In this document: in pieces, positions 1 through 7,583 of the stretch
Position numbering within the stretch: position 1 is the stretch's first letter
Layout: each line of letters opens with the position of its first letter
NCBI GenBank assembly: GCA_051747805.1
Contig: JBNJGP010000072.1
Coordinates: 1-13,812 of the forward strand
Reading direction: 5' to 3'
Length of the DNA stretch: 13,812 bases
From: Candidatus Muiribacteriota bacterium
Lineage (GTDB): Bacteria; Muiribacteriota; Muiribacteriia; Muiribacteriales; Muiribacteriaceae
Made by a program: the position numbers and the translations under genes
The notes under the pieces: model-generated
Told to the model about the DNA's origin: nothing
The model's database searches: none
Seen by the model: only the letters and a program-made list of their open reading frames with translations

Positions 1-2
1 TT

Positions 3-677
3 TCAAATGAACCTGTAAAAAATGCCTATGTAGTTTTTGGTAATCAAATTACCAGGTCCGATAATGAGGGTTTGTTTTCAATTCAGCTAAACTCATTTAA
101 TCCACAGGATGTTATTATTTCAGCAAATAATTATCAGATATATCAGGACAATACCACTCCGGAAGAAAATGTCAAAATTGAACTAGAACGTAAAATACCT
201 TATAATGAAATACAGGGTCAGGTAATTAAGCGGGAAGATTTTGGTCCTGTATCAGGTATAAAGGTGCATATAGGAAATCAAACAGTTAAAACTGATAGAA
301 GCGGACAGTATTTTTTGAAAAATTTAAAAAGCGGTGAATATCCTATAAGAGTTAAACACGAGGAATATAAAGATTATAATGATGTTGTTCAGGTTTACAG
401 AGGAAATCAGAATTTTGATATAATTTTAGAAGAAAGAGATAAATATGGTTATGTTTTTGGATATATAAAAAAACGCAGCAATCTTGAACCTGTAAAAAAT
501 GCCCTTGTTGCAATTGACGGTGTTTCCCTGAGAACCAATAGAGATGGTTTTTATGAGCTTCATGGAGTAAAGGCCCAGAGAAGTCAAATAGTGGTATTAA
601 TAGATGGCGAAGAAGCTTATAGAAAAGATATACTTGTAACTGAGGGAGACCAGCAGAATGATATTGTACTAGATTAA
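3..677 (+). CDS. Carboxypeptidase-regulatory-like (CarboxypepD_reg/PEGA-like beta-sandwich) repeat protein, 5'-truncated by the window edge
   Basis: The frame is open from position 3 (SNEPVKNAYVVFGNQITRSDNEGLFS...), so the TTG at 72 is probably not the real start. Three related units: EPVKNAYVVFGNQITRSDNEGLFSI, GPVSGIKVHIGNQTVKTDRSGQYFL and EPVKNALVAIDGVSLRTNRDGFYEL. Stop TAA at 675-677. Confidence 0.8.
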   Translation, partial: SNEPVKNAYVVFGNQITRSDNEGLFSIQLNSFNPQDVIISANNYQIYQDNTTPEENVKIELERKIPYNEIQGQVIKREDFGPVSGIKVHIGNQTVKTDRSGQYFLKNLKSGEYPIRVKHEEYKDYNDVVQVYRGNQNFDIILEERDKYGYVFGYIKKRSNLEPVKNALVAIDGVSLRTNRDGFYELHGVKAQRSQIVVLIDGEEAYRKDILVTEGDQQNDIVLD

Positions 678-687
678 CAGGAAGATA

Positions 688-696
688 TGTTATTAT
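688..696 (+). promoter_or_regulatory. Possible extended -10 promoter for the KamA-like gene
   Basis: TGtTATTAT at 688-696, with no properly spaced -35. The context is AT-rich, so the match is weak. Confidence 0.3.
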
Positions 697-719
697 CTTT
701 CATAAAAATATAAAAAGGA

Positions 720-1793
720 GTGATTATTATCAATTGGAAAGAACAGATTGAAAACTTTGTAAACACTAAGGAAAAACTGAAAAATTACATTAATCTTACT
801 GAAGATGAGGAAAAGGCTATTGATACTTTAAAAACAAAATGGGGAACTACTCCTTATTTTGCCTCATTAATGGATAAGGACGATCCTGAATGTCCTATTA
901 GAAAACAGGTAGTTCCATCAATGACAGAAAAAGAAAACAAATACGGGATGGACAACTATCTTTTATGGAAAGAAAATAGAGAAACAGAGGAAAAAAGACC
1001 TGACAGTATTGCGAGACAGTATGTAGATAAAGTTGCTTTTACTGTTTGTGATTACTGCGGTATTTACTGCCGACACTGTTTTAGAAAAGAGCTTGTTGTT
1101 GATACTGACCTTAAACTGAGATTTGATTTTGATGAAGGAATTGAATGGATAAGAAAAACTCCAGAAGTTCGGGATATATTGATTACTGGAGGAGATCCTT
1201 TTTTATTACCTGATGAACAAATTGAATATATTATAAATAAGCTTCGTGAAATTCCTCATATTGAAATGATTAGATTCGGCTCAAGAGCTCCGGTGGTTCT
1301 TCCTCATAGAATTACAGATAATCTATTAAATATTTTAGGCAAAGACCACAAAGTTCCTATATGGCTCAATACACAGGTAAATTCCCCTAAAGAGCTAACA
1401 GAAGAAGTTAGACAGGCTGTATTAAAACTTTTAAGGGCCGGGGTTAATGTCGGAAATCAGGCAGTTTTACTTAAAGGTATAAATGATGATGATAAAACTT
1501 TTAAGAAACTGCATTTGAAATTACTTCAATGGAGAATTAAACCATATTATGTATTTTATTGTGAGCCCGCACCGGGAATTGACCATTTCAGAACCCCTGT
1601 TTTAAGGGGAGCTGAATTAATAAGAGACAATCTGCGTGGTCACACAACTGGTCTTGCAATTCCTATGTATGTGATTGCAACAAATGTTGGTAAAGTCCCT
1701 CTAATGCCTGATTATTATATCGAGGGTGTTGAGGGTGATAAAGTAGTTTTAAAAAATCATAAAGGTCAGAAAACCTACATACCTAATATATAG
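720..1793 (+). CDS. KamA-family radical SAM, PLP-dependent amino-acid 2,3-aminomutase (substrate uncertain)
   Basis: CxxxCxxC motif C113-GIY-C117-RH-C120-FR, plus TPYFASL, DPECPIRKQ, TGGDP, RFGSR, NQAVLLKGIND, KPYY and the PLP lysine in GK325VP. It lacks the C-terminal Zn-binding Cys cluster of clostridial KamA. SD AAGGAG at 715-720. Confidence 0.9.
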   Translation: MIIINWKEQIENFVNTKEKLKNYINLTEDEEKAIDTLKTKWGTTPYFASLMDKDDPECPIRKQVVPSMTEKENKYGMDNYLLWKENRETEEKRPDSIARQYVDKVAFTVCDYCGIYCRHCFRKELVVDTDLKLRFDFDEGIEWIRKTPEVRDILITGGDPFLLPDEQIEYIINKLREIPHIEMIRFGSRAPVVLPHRITDNLLNILGKDHKVPIWLNTQVNSPKELTEEVRQAVLKLLRAGVNVGNQAVLLKGINDDDKTFKKLHLKLLQWRIKPYYVFYCEPAPGIDHFRTPVLRGAELIRDNLRGHTTGLAIPMYVIATNVGKVPLMPDYYIEGVEGDKVVLKNHKGQKTYIPNI

Positions 1794-1811
1794 GAGTCAA
1801 TTTTTTAATAT

Positions 1812-1845
1812 ACCCCGGCTGTGTTTTATGCCGGGGTTCATTTCT
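1812..1845 (+). terminator. Rho-independent terminator after the KamA-like gene
   Basis: 8-bp GC-rich stem ACCCCGGC (1812-1819) / GCCGGGGT (1830-1837), 10-nt loop and T-rich tail TCATTTCT, 18 nt after the stop codon. Confidence 0.75.
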
Positions 1846-1875
1846 AAAAGCTAAATTATGTATTTTAATATTATG

Positions 1876-1904
1876 TTGAATTTTATCTTTTAGAATGATA
1901 AAAT
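1876..1904 (+). promoter_or_regulatory. Sigma70-type promoter of the large lipoprotein gene
   Basis: TTGAAT (1876-1881), 17 bp, TAAAAT (1899-1904), with extended TG at 1896-1897. Strong SD GGAGG at 1925-1929 before ATG 1940. Confidence 0.6.
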
Positions 1905-1939
1905 TATAATAATAAAAATAACACGGAGGGGAATTTAAA

Positions 1940-4900
1940 ATGAGTATTTCAAAATCAATTAAAGCATCTATAATCTCTATAATAATAATTTTTATAATAA
2001 TAGGCTGTGGTAAAAACCGGCTTGATGAAACTTATGTAAGGTCTGAAAAAATGCCAACATCCCTTTCAATTCAAGTTGAATGGCCTGAATTACCTTCTAA
2101 TTTAAACACAGCACCTCCTGAATATCTTAATATATCTACCATAGAAGTTGTTTTAATAGACAATAATAACCTTGAAAAAATATATGAAGAAGAAAGTCAA
2201 CATTATGATGCTCCAGATGAATTATCCTTTGAAGAATTTGCTCAAAATTTTATTTTAGAGTTGCTTCTTACAGATACTTTTGATGATGTAGATGACTCAG
2301 ATACTGATGATATTGATACTGATGAATCTTTATATGAATTTGATTATATGTATAAATCCTTTGATGTAACAGAGGAAAGTCAACACCGTGATGGGGCTGT
2401 AATTGAAAAAATAGATACAGGAAATTATTCGCTTTTTATAAGCGGTCTGGACAAAGATGAAATCAATCAGATTAATCTTTATTATTTAAAATCACATTTA
2501 ACTGTAGATGAGGGAAAGACAACTGTTATCTCAATAGATTCAGACGACTGGTTCCATTATAATTATTATATGCTTTTTGCCAGTCCAGAGCCCGAGAATG
2601 CTGGTTCAATTGATTATCATGAATATAATGAAGAAATTCCGTTTAAAGCCGGTGATGAAGTTAACATGCAAGCTTTAGCCGAACCGGGTTATAAATTCAA
2701 CGAATGGTCTGGCGATATTGACAGTATAATATCAGGAAGCACAGATACTGAAAAAATAACCGTGAAGTTTCCTATGTCTAATTTACACATAAATGCAAAT
2801 TTCTTATTAGACGAGACGCAGTTTTTTAACTTATCTCTTAATAAAAATGAAGATTTTGGCCTGGTGAATGGAGGCGGTGATTTCAATATTAATGATACAA
2901 CAACAATCAGCGCCGAGCCATATACGGATTATGCTTTTATAGAATGGACAGGTGATATTGATAAACTTACAGATTTTAATCCCTATTCCATGTTAGAGCA
3001 GGAAATCATTATGCCTGGTCAGGATATTCAACTGGAAGCAAATTTCGGGCATGTTGATAATTACATAACATTAACTGCAGACCCGGCAGAAGGGGCTGCA
3101 GCTTTATATGGTGAGGCAGGATATATTACAGGCCAAACTGTTGAAGTAATGGCTGAACCAGCAGTTGGTTACTATTTTCTGGATTGGTATAAAACAGATG
3201 GAACTCATGTAAGCAGTGAAAATCCATACATTTTTAATATGCCTAATAATGATTATGAACTTGTTGCAAAATTTGCAGAAAATGAACATGTTTTAACCTA
3301 TCAGATGGGCGGCGAGGGCACAATTATTCAAAATGAAACAGTTAATTACAATGGGGATGTAATGAACTATCATTATGATGAAACATATGAATTCGCAGCT
3401 GAACCAGCAGTTGGATATAATTTTGTAGAATGGCAGGCAAGTGGTTTTGATATACCAGCAGGCGAAGAAACAAATCCTGTAATAACACTTACTATGCCTG
3501 ATAATAACAGCACATTATATGCGGTTTTTGAAATAGACCCTGATGCTTTAATATGTGTGGTTGAGGCAGATGCAAATGAACTTGTAAAATTACCGTTTAA
3601 TGGAACAAAACTAGTTGATATTAACTGGGGAGATGGCACAAATGTTACCTCCGTTGTGGAAAATTATCCCGAAAACACATATGCTGATGCGGGCGAGTAT
3701 ACTGTATTAGTAACCGGAACTGCTCAGTTATTTGGCAATGAAATTCCTGACTCTCAACCAGAATGGAGTGAAAATATTAAAGAGATAATTAGTTTTGGCA
3801 ATTTAGGAGTAGAATCATTTAAATTATTATTTGCCAATGCAGTAAATAATATAATTATTCCAAATAATCCAGATACTATACCTGATAGTGTTTTAGATAT
3901 GACTGGAATGTTTGCTTACGCAAACAGTTTTAATCAGGATATTTCCAGCTGGGATGTTTCAAATGTTTTAAATATGAGTGGAATGTTCCATTCAGCACAG
4001 GATTTTAAGCAAAATATATCCTCCTGGGATATTAGTAATGTCCAGTCTATGGACGAAATGTTTAAAAATGTTACTTTACCATTTGAATTTTATAATGAAA
4101 TGCTTATTAAATGGGCTGATTTACCTTCAGTGCAGAATGAGTTGAATTTAGATGGTGGAAACAGCCGATATTCCTATGCAAAAGAGGCAAGAGATACATT
4201 AGAAATTTCATATGGCTGGACAATAACTGACGGCGGACCTGATTTTAATGGCGGTACCGGTACATTAGACACTCCATATTTAATTGCAAATGCAAGACAG
4301 CTTAATAACGTCAGATATTTTTATGAAGACGCTGTATATTTTGAGCTTAATAATGATATTGATTTTATCTCAGACGAGACACTTGATGATTTTAACTATG
4401 ATTATTCTCTTGGCTGGGAGCCTATAGGTTCTGAAACTGAGCCATTTAATGCGGTATTTAATGGTAATGAAAAAGTAATAAGGAATTTAAAAATCGATGA
4501 TGAAAGTCTGAATAATGCAGGATTATTTGGGGTATTTAATGGAACTATTTCGAAAATGGGACTAGCTCAGGCAAATATTAACGCTGGTGACAATGTGGGA
4601 GCCCTGGCTGGAAAGATTATGGATATAAACGAAATTGATAATAATAATTATATTAACGAAATTTTTATATCCGGAAATGTTAGAGGCAATTCATATGTTG
4701 GCGGTTTAGCAGGAAAAACTAATATTGTTTATATTAATAATATATATTCAGTTGCAAAAGTGGTTGCAACAAATCAAATTGCAGGTGGATTAATTGGCGG
4801 AGCTACGGAAACTACAATCGAAAATTCTTATGCAGGGGCGAAAATATCTGCCCCGAATACATATAATGGTATAACTGGTGAAGATGACGGATTTGGTTTT

Positions 4901-6001
4901 ATTAATTATACATATTTTGATATTGCTGTTGCGGGGGAAGTAACCGATATTGGAACTGGTCAGGAAAAAACTACAGGTGAATTATTAGCGACTTCAGTAA
5001 GTGATATGGGTTCTATATATGAATACTGGGATAATACAATCTGGAGCAGAGACCCTCATACATATCCGTATTTTTCATGGCAGACAAGTGATTTTCCTAA
5101 AGTATTTGATGAAGGGGATGGTGATGTAACTCCTTATGGAATTTCAAACCCTTTACAACTGCATCTAGTTAGATTTTTCCCTTATGCTGATTTTGAACAG
5201 ACAGGAAATATTAATCTTGACCATTTCCAGCTGTTGCAGGAACCCTGGTATGATAGCAATAAAGGCTGGAGAGGCATTGAATATTTTCAAGGTCATTTTA
5301 ATGGTAATAATTATACTATTGATAACATGTTTATTGAACGCTTTTCGGGGGATTCTGCCGAAGTTGGATTATTTTCTTATATAAGTATGGCAACTTTAGA
5401 AAATATTAATATTTCTAATGCAGATTTAAAAGGAGATAATAATGTTGGTGGTTTAGTAAGCGAGGCTGTTAATTCAAATATTATAAATTGTTCATTTGAT
5501 GGAATTATAAATGCAGGTGATTTTGTTGGTGGCATAGTTGGAAATTTAAATGAGACAAACATTAAACAAAGTTATGCAACAGCCAATGTTAACGGCGAGC
5601 TGCAAGTCGGTGGACTAGTTGGTAAAAGTGGAATAAACAGTGAAATTCTAAATTCATATGCCCACGGGGATGTCTCAGGTAACGACCTTGTAGGTGGACT
5701 TGTAGGCAAAAACCCTACTTACAGCATTGTTGAAAACTGTTATTCAGTTGGCCATGTTACATCAGTTAATAATCTTGTTGGTGGTTTGATTGGAGAGAAT
5801 GATAATACTGATGATGTAATTCAATCATTTTATGATTCCCAAACTTCTGGTCAAAATGATACTTCAAAAGGAATTCCAAAAACAACAGCTGAAATGAAAA
5901 ATAAAGATACATTTACGCCTGAATGGGATTTTGATGGCCCTGATTTTATCTGGGAGATAGACGACGGAAACAGTTATCCATTTTTAACATGGGAACAATA
6001 A
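1940..6001 (+). CDS. Large modular surface lipoprotein: 4x InlB-B/Flg_new-like repeats, PKD-like domain, BspA/DUF285 repeats and two GLUG-motif modules
   Basis: Basic N-terminus, Ile-rich h-region and lipobox IIG-C23. Four repeats with A-x-P-x-x-[GD]Y-x-F-x-x-W (~2567-3530). INWGDG PKD-like motif. GMFAYANSFNQDISSWDVSNV DUF285 repeats. Two F-x-x-G-x-G...PY-x-I...QL modules with many VGGLVG (GLUG) motifs, each ending W...YP...W. Confidence 0.85.
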   Translation: MSISKSIKASIISIIIIFIIIGCGKNRLDETYVRSEKMPTSLSIQVEWPELPSNLNTAPPEYLNISTIEVVLIDNNNLEKIYEEESQHYDAPDELSFEEFAQNFILELLLTDTFDDVDDSDTDDIDTDESLYEFDYMYKSFDVTEESQHRDGAVIEKIDTGNYSLFISGLDKDEINQINLYYLKSHLTVDEGKTTVISIDSDDWFHYNYYMLFASPEPENAGSIDYHEYNEEIPFKAGDEVNMQALAEPGYKFNEWSGDIDSIISGSTDTEKITVKFPMSNLHINANFLLDETQFFNLSLNKNEDFGLVNGGGDFNINDTTTISAEPYTDYAFIEWTGDIDKLTDFNPYSMLEQEIIMPGQDIQLEANFGHVDNYITLTADPAEGAAALYGEAGYITGQTVEVMAEPAVGYYFLDWYKTDGTHVSSENPYIFNMPNNDYELVAKFAENEHVLTYQMGGEGTIIQNETVNYNGDVMNYHYDETYEFAAEPAVGYNFVEWQASGFDIPAGEETNPVITLTMPDNNSTLYAVFEIDPDALICVVEADANELVKLPFNGTKLVDINWGDGTNVTSVVENYPENTYADAGEYTVLVTGTAQLFGNEIPDSQPEWSENIKEIISFGNLGVESFKLLFANAVNNIIIPNNPDTIPDSVLDMTGMFAYANSFNQDISSWDVSNVLNMSGMFHSAQDFKQNISSWDISNVQSMDEMFKNVTLPFEFYNEMLIKWADLPSVQNELNLDGGNSRYSYAKEARDTLEISYGWTITDGGPDFNGGTGTLDTPYLIANARQLNNVRYFYEDAVYFELNNDIDFISDETLDDFNYDYSLGWEPIGSETEPFNAVFNGNEKVIRNLKIDDESLNNAGLFGVFNGTISKMGLAQANINAGDNVGALAGKIMDINEIDNNNYINEIFISGNVRGNSYVGGLAGKTNIVYINNIYSVAKVVATNQIAGGLIGGATETTIENSYAGAKISAPNTYNGITGEDDGFGFINYTYFDIAVAGEVTDIGTGQEKTTGELLATSVSDMGSIYEYWDNTIWSRDPHTYPYFSWQTSDFPKVFDEGDGDVTPYGISNPLQLHLVRFFPYADFEQTGNINLDHFQLLQEPWYDSNKGWRGIEYFQGHFNGNNYTIDNMFIERFSGDSAEVGLFSYISMATLENINISNADLKGDNNVGGLVSEAVNSNIINCSFDGIINAGDFVGGIVGNLNETNIKQSYATANVNGELQVGGLVGKSGINSEILNSYAHGDVSGNDLVGGLVGKNPTYSIVENCYSVGHVTSVNNLVGGLIGENDNTDDVIQSFYDSQTSGQNDTSKGIPKTTAEMKNKDTFTPEWDFDGPDFIWEIDDGNSYPFLTWEQ
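3152..3414 (+). repeat. 17-bp exact direct repeat within lipoprotein repeats 3 and 4
   Basis: GCTGAACCAGCAGTTGG at 3152-3168 and 3398-3414 (AEPAVG). Confidence 0.85.
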
Positions 6002-6059
6002 ATTATCGTGAAATATTTTTTTGGCTAATTTATTTAGTTCCTGATTTTTAATGCATATT

Positions 6060-7295
6060 TTAATCTTTATATTTTTTAAATAAATTTATTGCAGATAGAT
6101 AGGCAGTTGAAAAACACATCTGTAAATTATATCCACCAGTATTTCCATCTAAATCCATTATTTCACCTGCAAAAAATAAACCCGGCAATAACCTGGATTC
6201 CATTGTTTTAGGATTAATTTCTTTTAAATAAACCCCACCGGCTGTAACCATGGCAGAGTTAAAATCACCCTTTTTTGAAACGTTAACTTTAAAATTTGTA
6301 AAAATATGACAGATTTTTTTGCGTAAGTCTTTATTTAACTGACCAATTTTTAAATTTAAATCTATTTTTTCATTTTTTAATAAAATTTTTATTAATCTAA
6401 CTGGAAGAGAATACTGTTTAAAAAAATATAATATTGTCTTTTCTCCATTTAACCTTTGAAATTCAATAATATTTTTTTGTAAAATATTAAAATCAATTTT
6501 TAAAAAATTTAAAATCAACGCATCGCCGGATTCAATATATCTGGATAAATGTAAAATAGCCGGGCCTGATAATCCTTTATGAGTAATTAAAAATGGTTCA
6601 TCAGAAAAACCGAATTTTTTACCATTTTTTATTAGAGAAATAAAACTGTTTTCAAGAGAAATTCCAGAAAGTTCGGTTAAAAAATGATTTTTTATTTCTA
6701 TTCCGCATAAAGCAGGAGAAGGAGTTGCAATTTTATGATTAAAACCTTTTGCAAAAAAATAACCATCACCTGTTGAGCCGGTTTTTGGATAAGATTTTCC
6801 GCCAGTAGCTAAAATAAGCTTATTTGAGTAAAAAGAATTATTTTCAGTTTTGATTTCAAAATCATTATTTTTTGAAATTTCTTTCACAGCCTGATTAGTC
6901 TTTAAAATAATATTGCTATTTGATTGAATAATATTAAGGATTTTTTTTAATATATCCCCGGCTTTTTCAGAAACTGGAAAAATTTTATCTTTGATTATTT
7001 TAAATTTAATATTTTCTTTATTAAAAAAAAAAATTAAATCTTTATTAGAGAAAGCTTTAAAAGCATATTTTAAAAATTTACCATTTTCACCATATTTAGA
7101 ATAAAAAGAAAAAATATCTGAATTATTTGTTAAATTACACTGTCCATTACCAGTAAGTAACAATTTTAATCCGCAACTTTCTTTTTTTTCTAAAATTAAT
7201 ATTTTTTTGTCATGGTATTTTTTAGAAGCAATAATACCGGAAAATAAACCTGCTGGCCCGCCACCAATAATTATAAGGTCAAAAAAATTGTTCAT
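6060..7295 (-). CDS. HI0933/YhiN/BaiN-family NAD(P)/FAD-dependent oxidoreductase
   Basis: IIGGGPAG FAD-binding motif, GLKLLLTGNGQCNLTN, ATGGKSYPKTGSTGDGY, THKGLSGPAIL, VTAGGV, TMES and GE..DLDGNTGGYNLQ are all family hallmarks. Confidence 0.92.
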   Translation of the reverse strand: MNNFFDLIIIGGGPAGLFSGIIASKKYHDKKILILEKKESCGLKLLLTGNGQCNLTNNSDIFSFYSKYGENGKFLKYAFKAFSNKDLIFFFNKENIKFKIIKDKIFPVSEKAGDILKKILNIIQSNSNIILKTNQAVKEISKNNDFEIKTENNSFYSNKLILATGGKSYPKTGSTGDGYFFAKGFNHKIATPSPALCGIEIKNHFLTELSGISLENSFISLIKNGKKFGFSDEPFLITHKGLSGPAILHLSRYIESGDALILNFLKIDFNILQKNIIEFQRLNGEKTILYFFKQYSLPVRLIKILLKNEKIDLNLKIGQLNKDLRKKICHIFTNFKVNVSKKGDFNSAMVTAGGVYLKEINPKTMESRLLPGLFFAGEIMDLDGNTGGYNLQMCFSTAYLSAINLFKKYKD

Positions 7296-7313
7296 AAATT
7301 AAAAATATACTAA

Positions 7314-7338
7314 AATCAAAAAAGAATCAAAAAAGAAT
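7314..7338. repeat. 11-bp tandem duplication in the divergent intergenic region
   Basis: AATCAAAAAAG at 7314-7324 and 7325-7335, followed by AAT. Confidence 0.7.
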
Positions 7339-7354
7339 TAAACTGACACCCGCA

Positions 7355-7384
7355 TTGGATAAATTCTTTAGAAAATGTTAAAAT
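7355..7384 (+). promoter_or_regulatory. Candidate sigma70 promoter for the DUF4236-TPR/RluA genes
   Basis: Extended -10 TGtTAAAAT (7376-7384). The -35 is either TGGATA (7356-7361, 17-bp spacer) or TTGGAT (7355-7360, 18-bp spacer). Confidence 0.5.
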
Positions 7385-7427
7385 TAAATAATGACAGGCT
7401 CAAATAACTTTTAAATGCCTGAATTTA

Positions 7428-7554
7428 CAGCAATTCTAAATGAAAATAGAGAAAATCCTTGATTTGATGGGGTCAGCGCCGACATCACTTTGCGAAAAAG
7501 CAAAGTGTGTAGGCCTGACCACTAAAGGATTTTCGGCTAAATTGAGAATTGCTG
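7428..7554. mobile_element. 127-bp non-autonomous MITE with 14-bp TIRs, 9-bp TSD and internal nested palindrome
   Basis: Left end CAGCAATTCTAAAT (7428-7441) matches the reverse complement of the right end ATTGAGAATTGCTG (7541-7554) at 13/14. The exact direct repeat CTGAATTTA abuts both ends (7419-7427 and 7555-7563). The core is more GC-rich than the flanks and encodes no transposase. Confidence 0.85.
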
Positions 7555-7583
7555 CTGAATTTATTACAAATAAGTAGGTAAAC

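Noticed and set aside
720..1793. Assigning kamA, epmB, ablA or eam as the gene symbol
   Set aside because: The specificity residues differ from each and none of the diagnostic partner genes is present.
2689..5562. Short ORFs 2689-2886, 3104-3289, 3373-3639, 5184-5384 and 5377-5562
   Set aside because: They are antisense or alternate-frame shadows inside the well-supported lipoprotein gene and show no motifs.
7410..7580. Long hairpin read as 6S RNA, SRP RNA or retron msr-msd
   Set aside because: I saw no SRP GGAA-loop motif or recognisable 6S conserved blocks, and no reverse transcriptase is nearby. TIRs abutted by an exact 9-bp direct repeat are better explained by a MITE.
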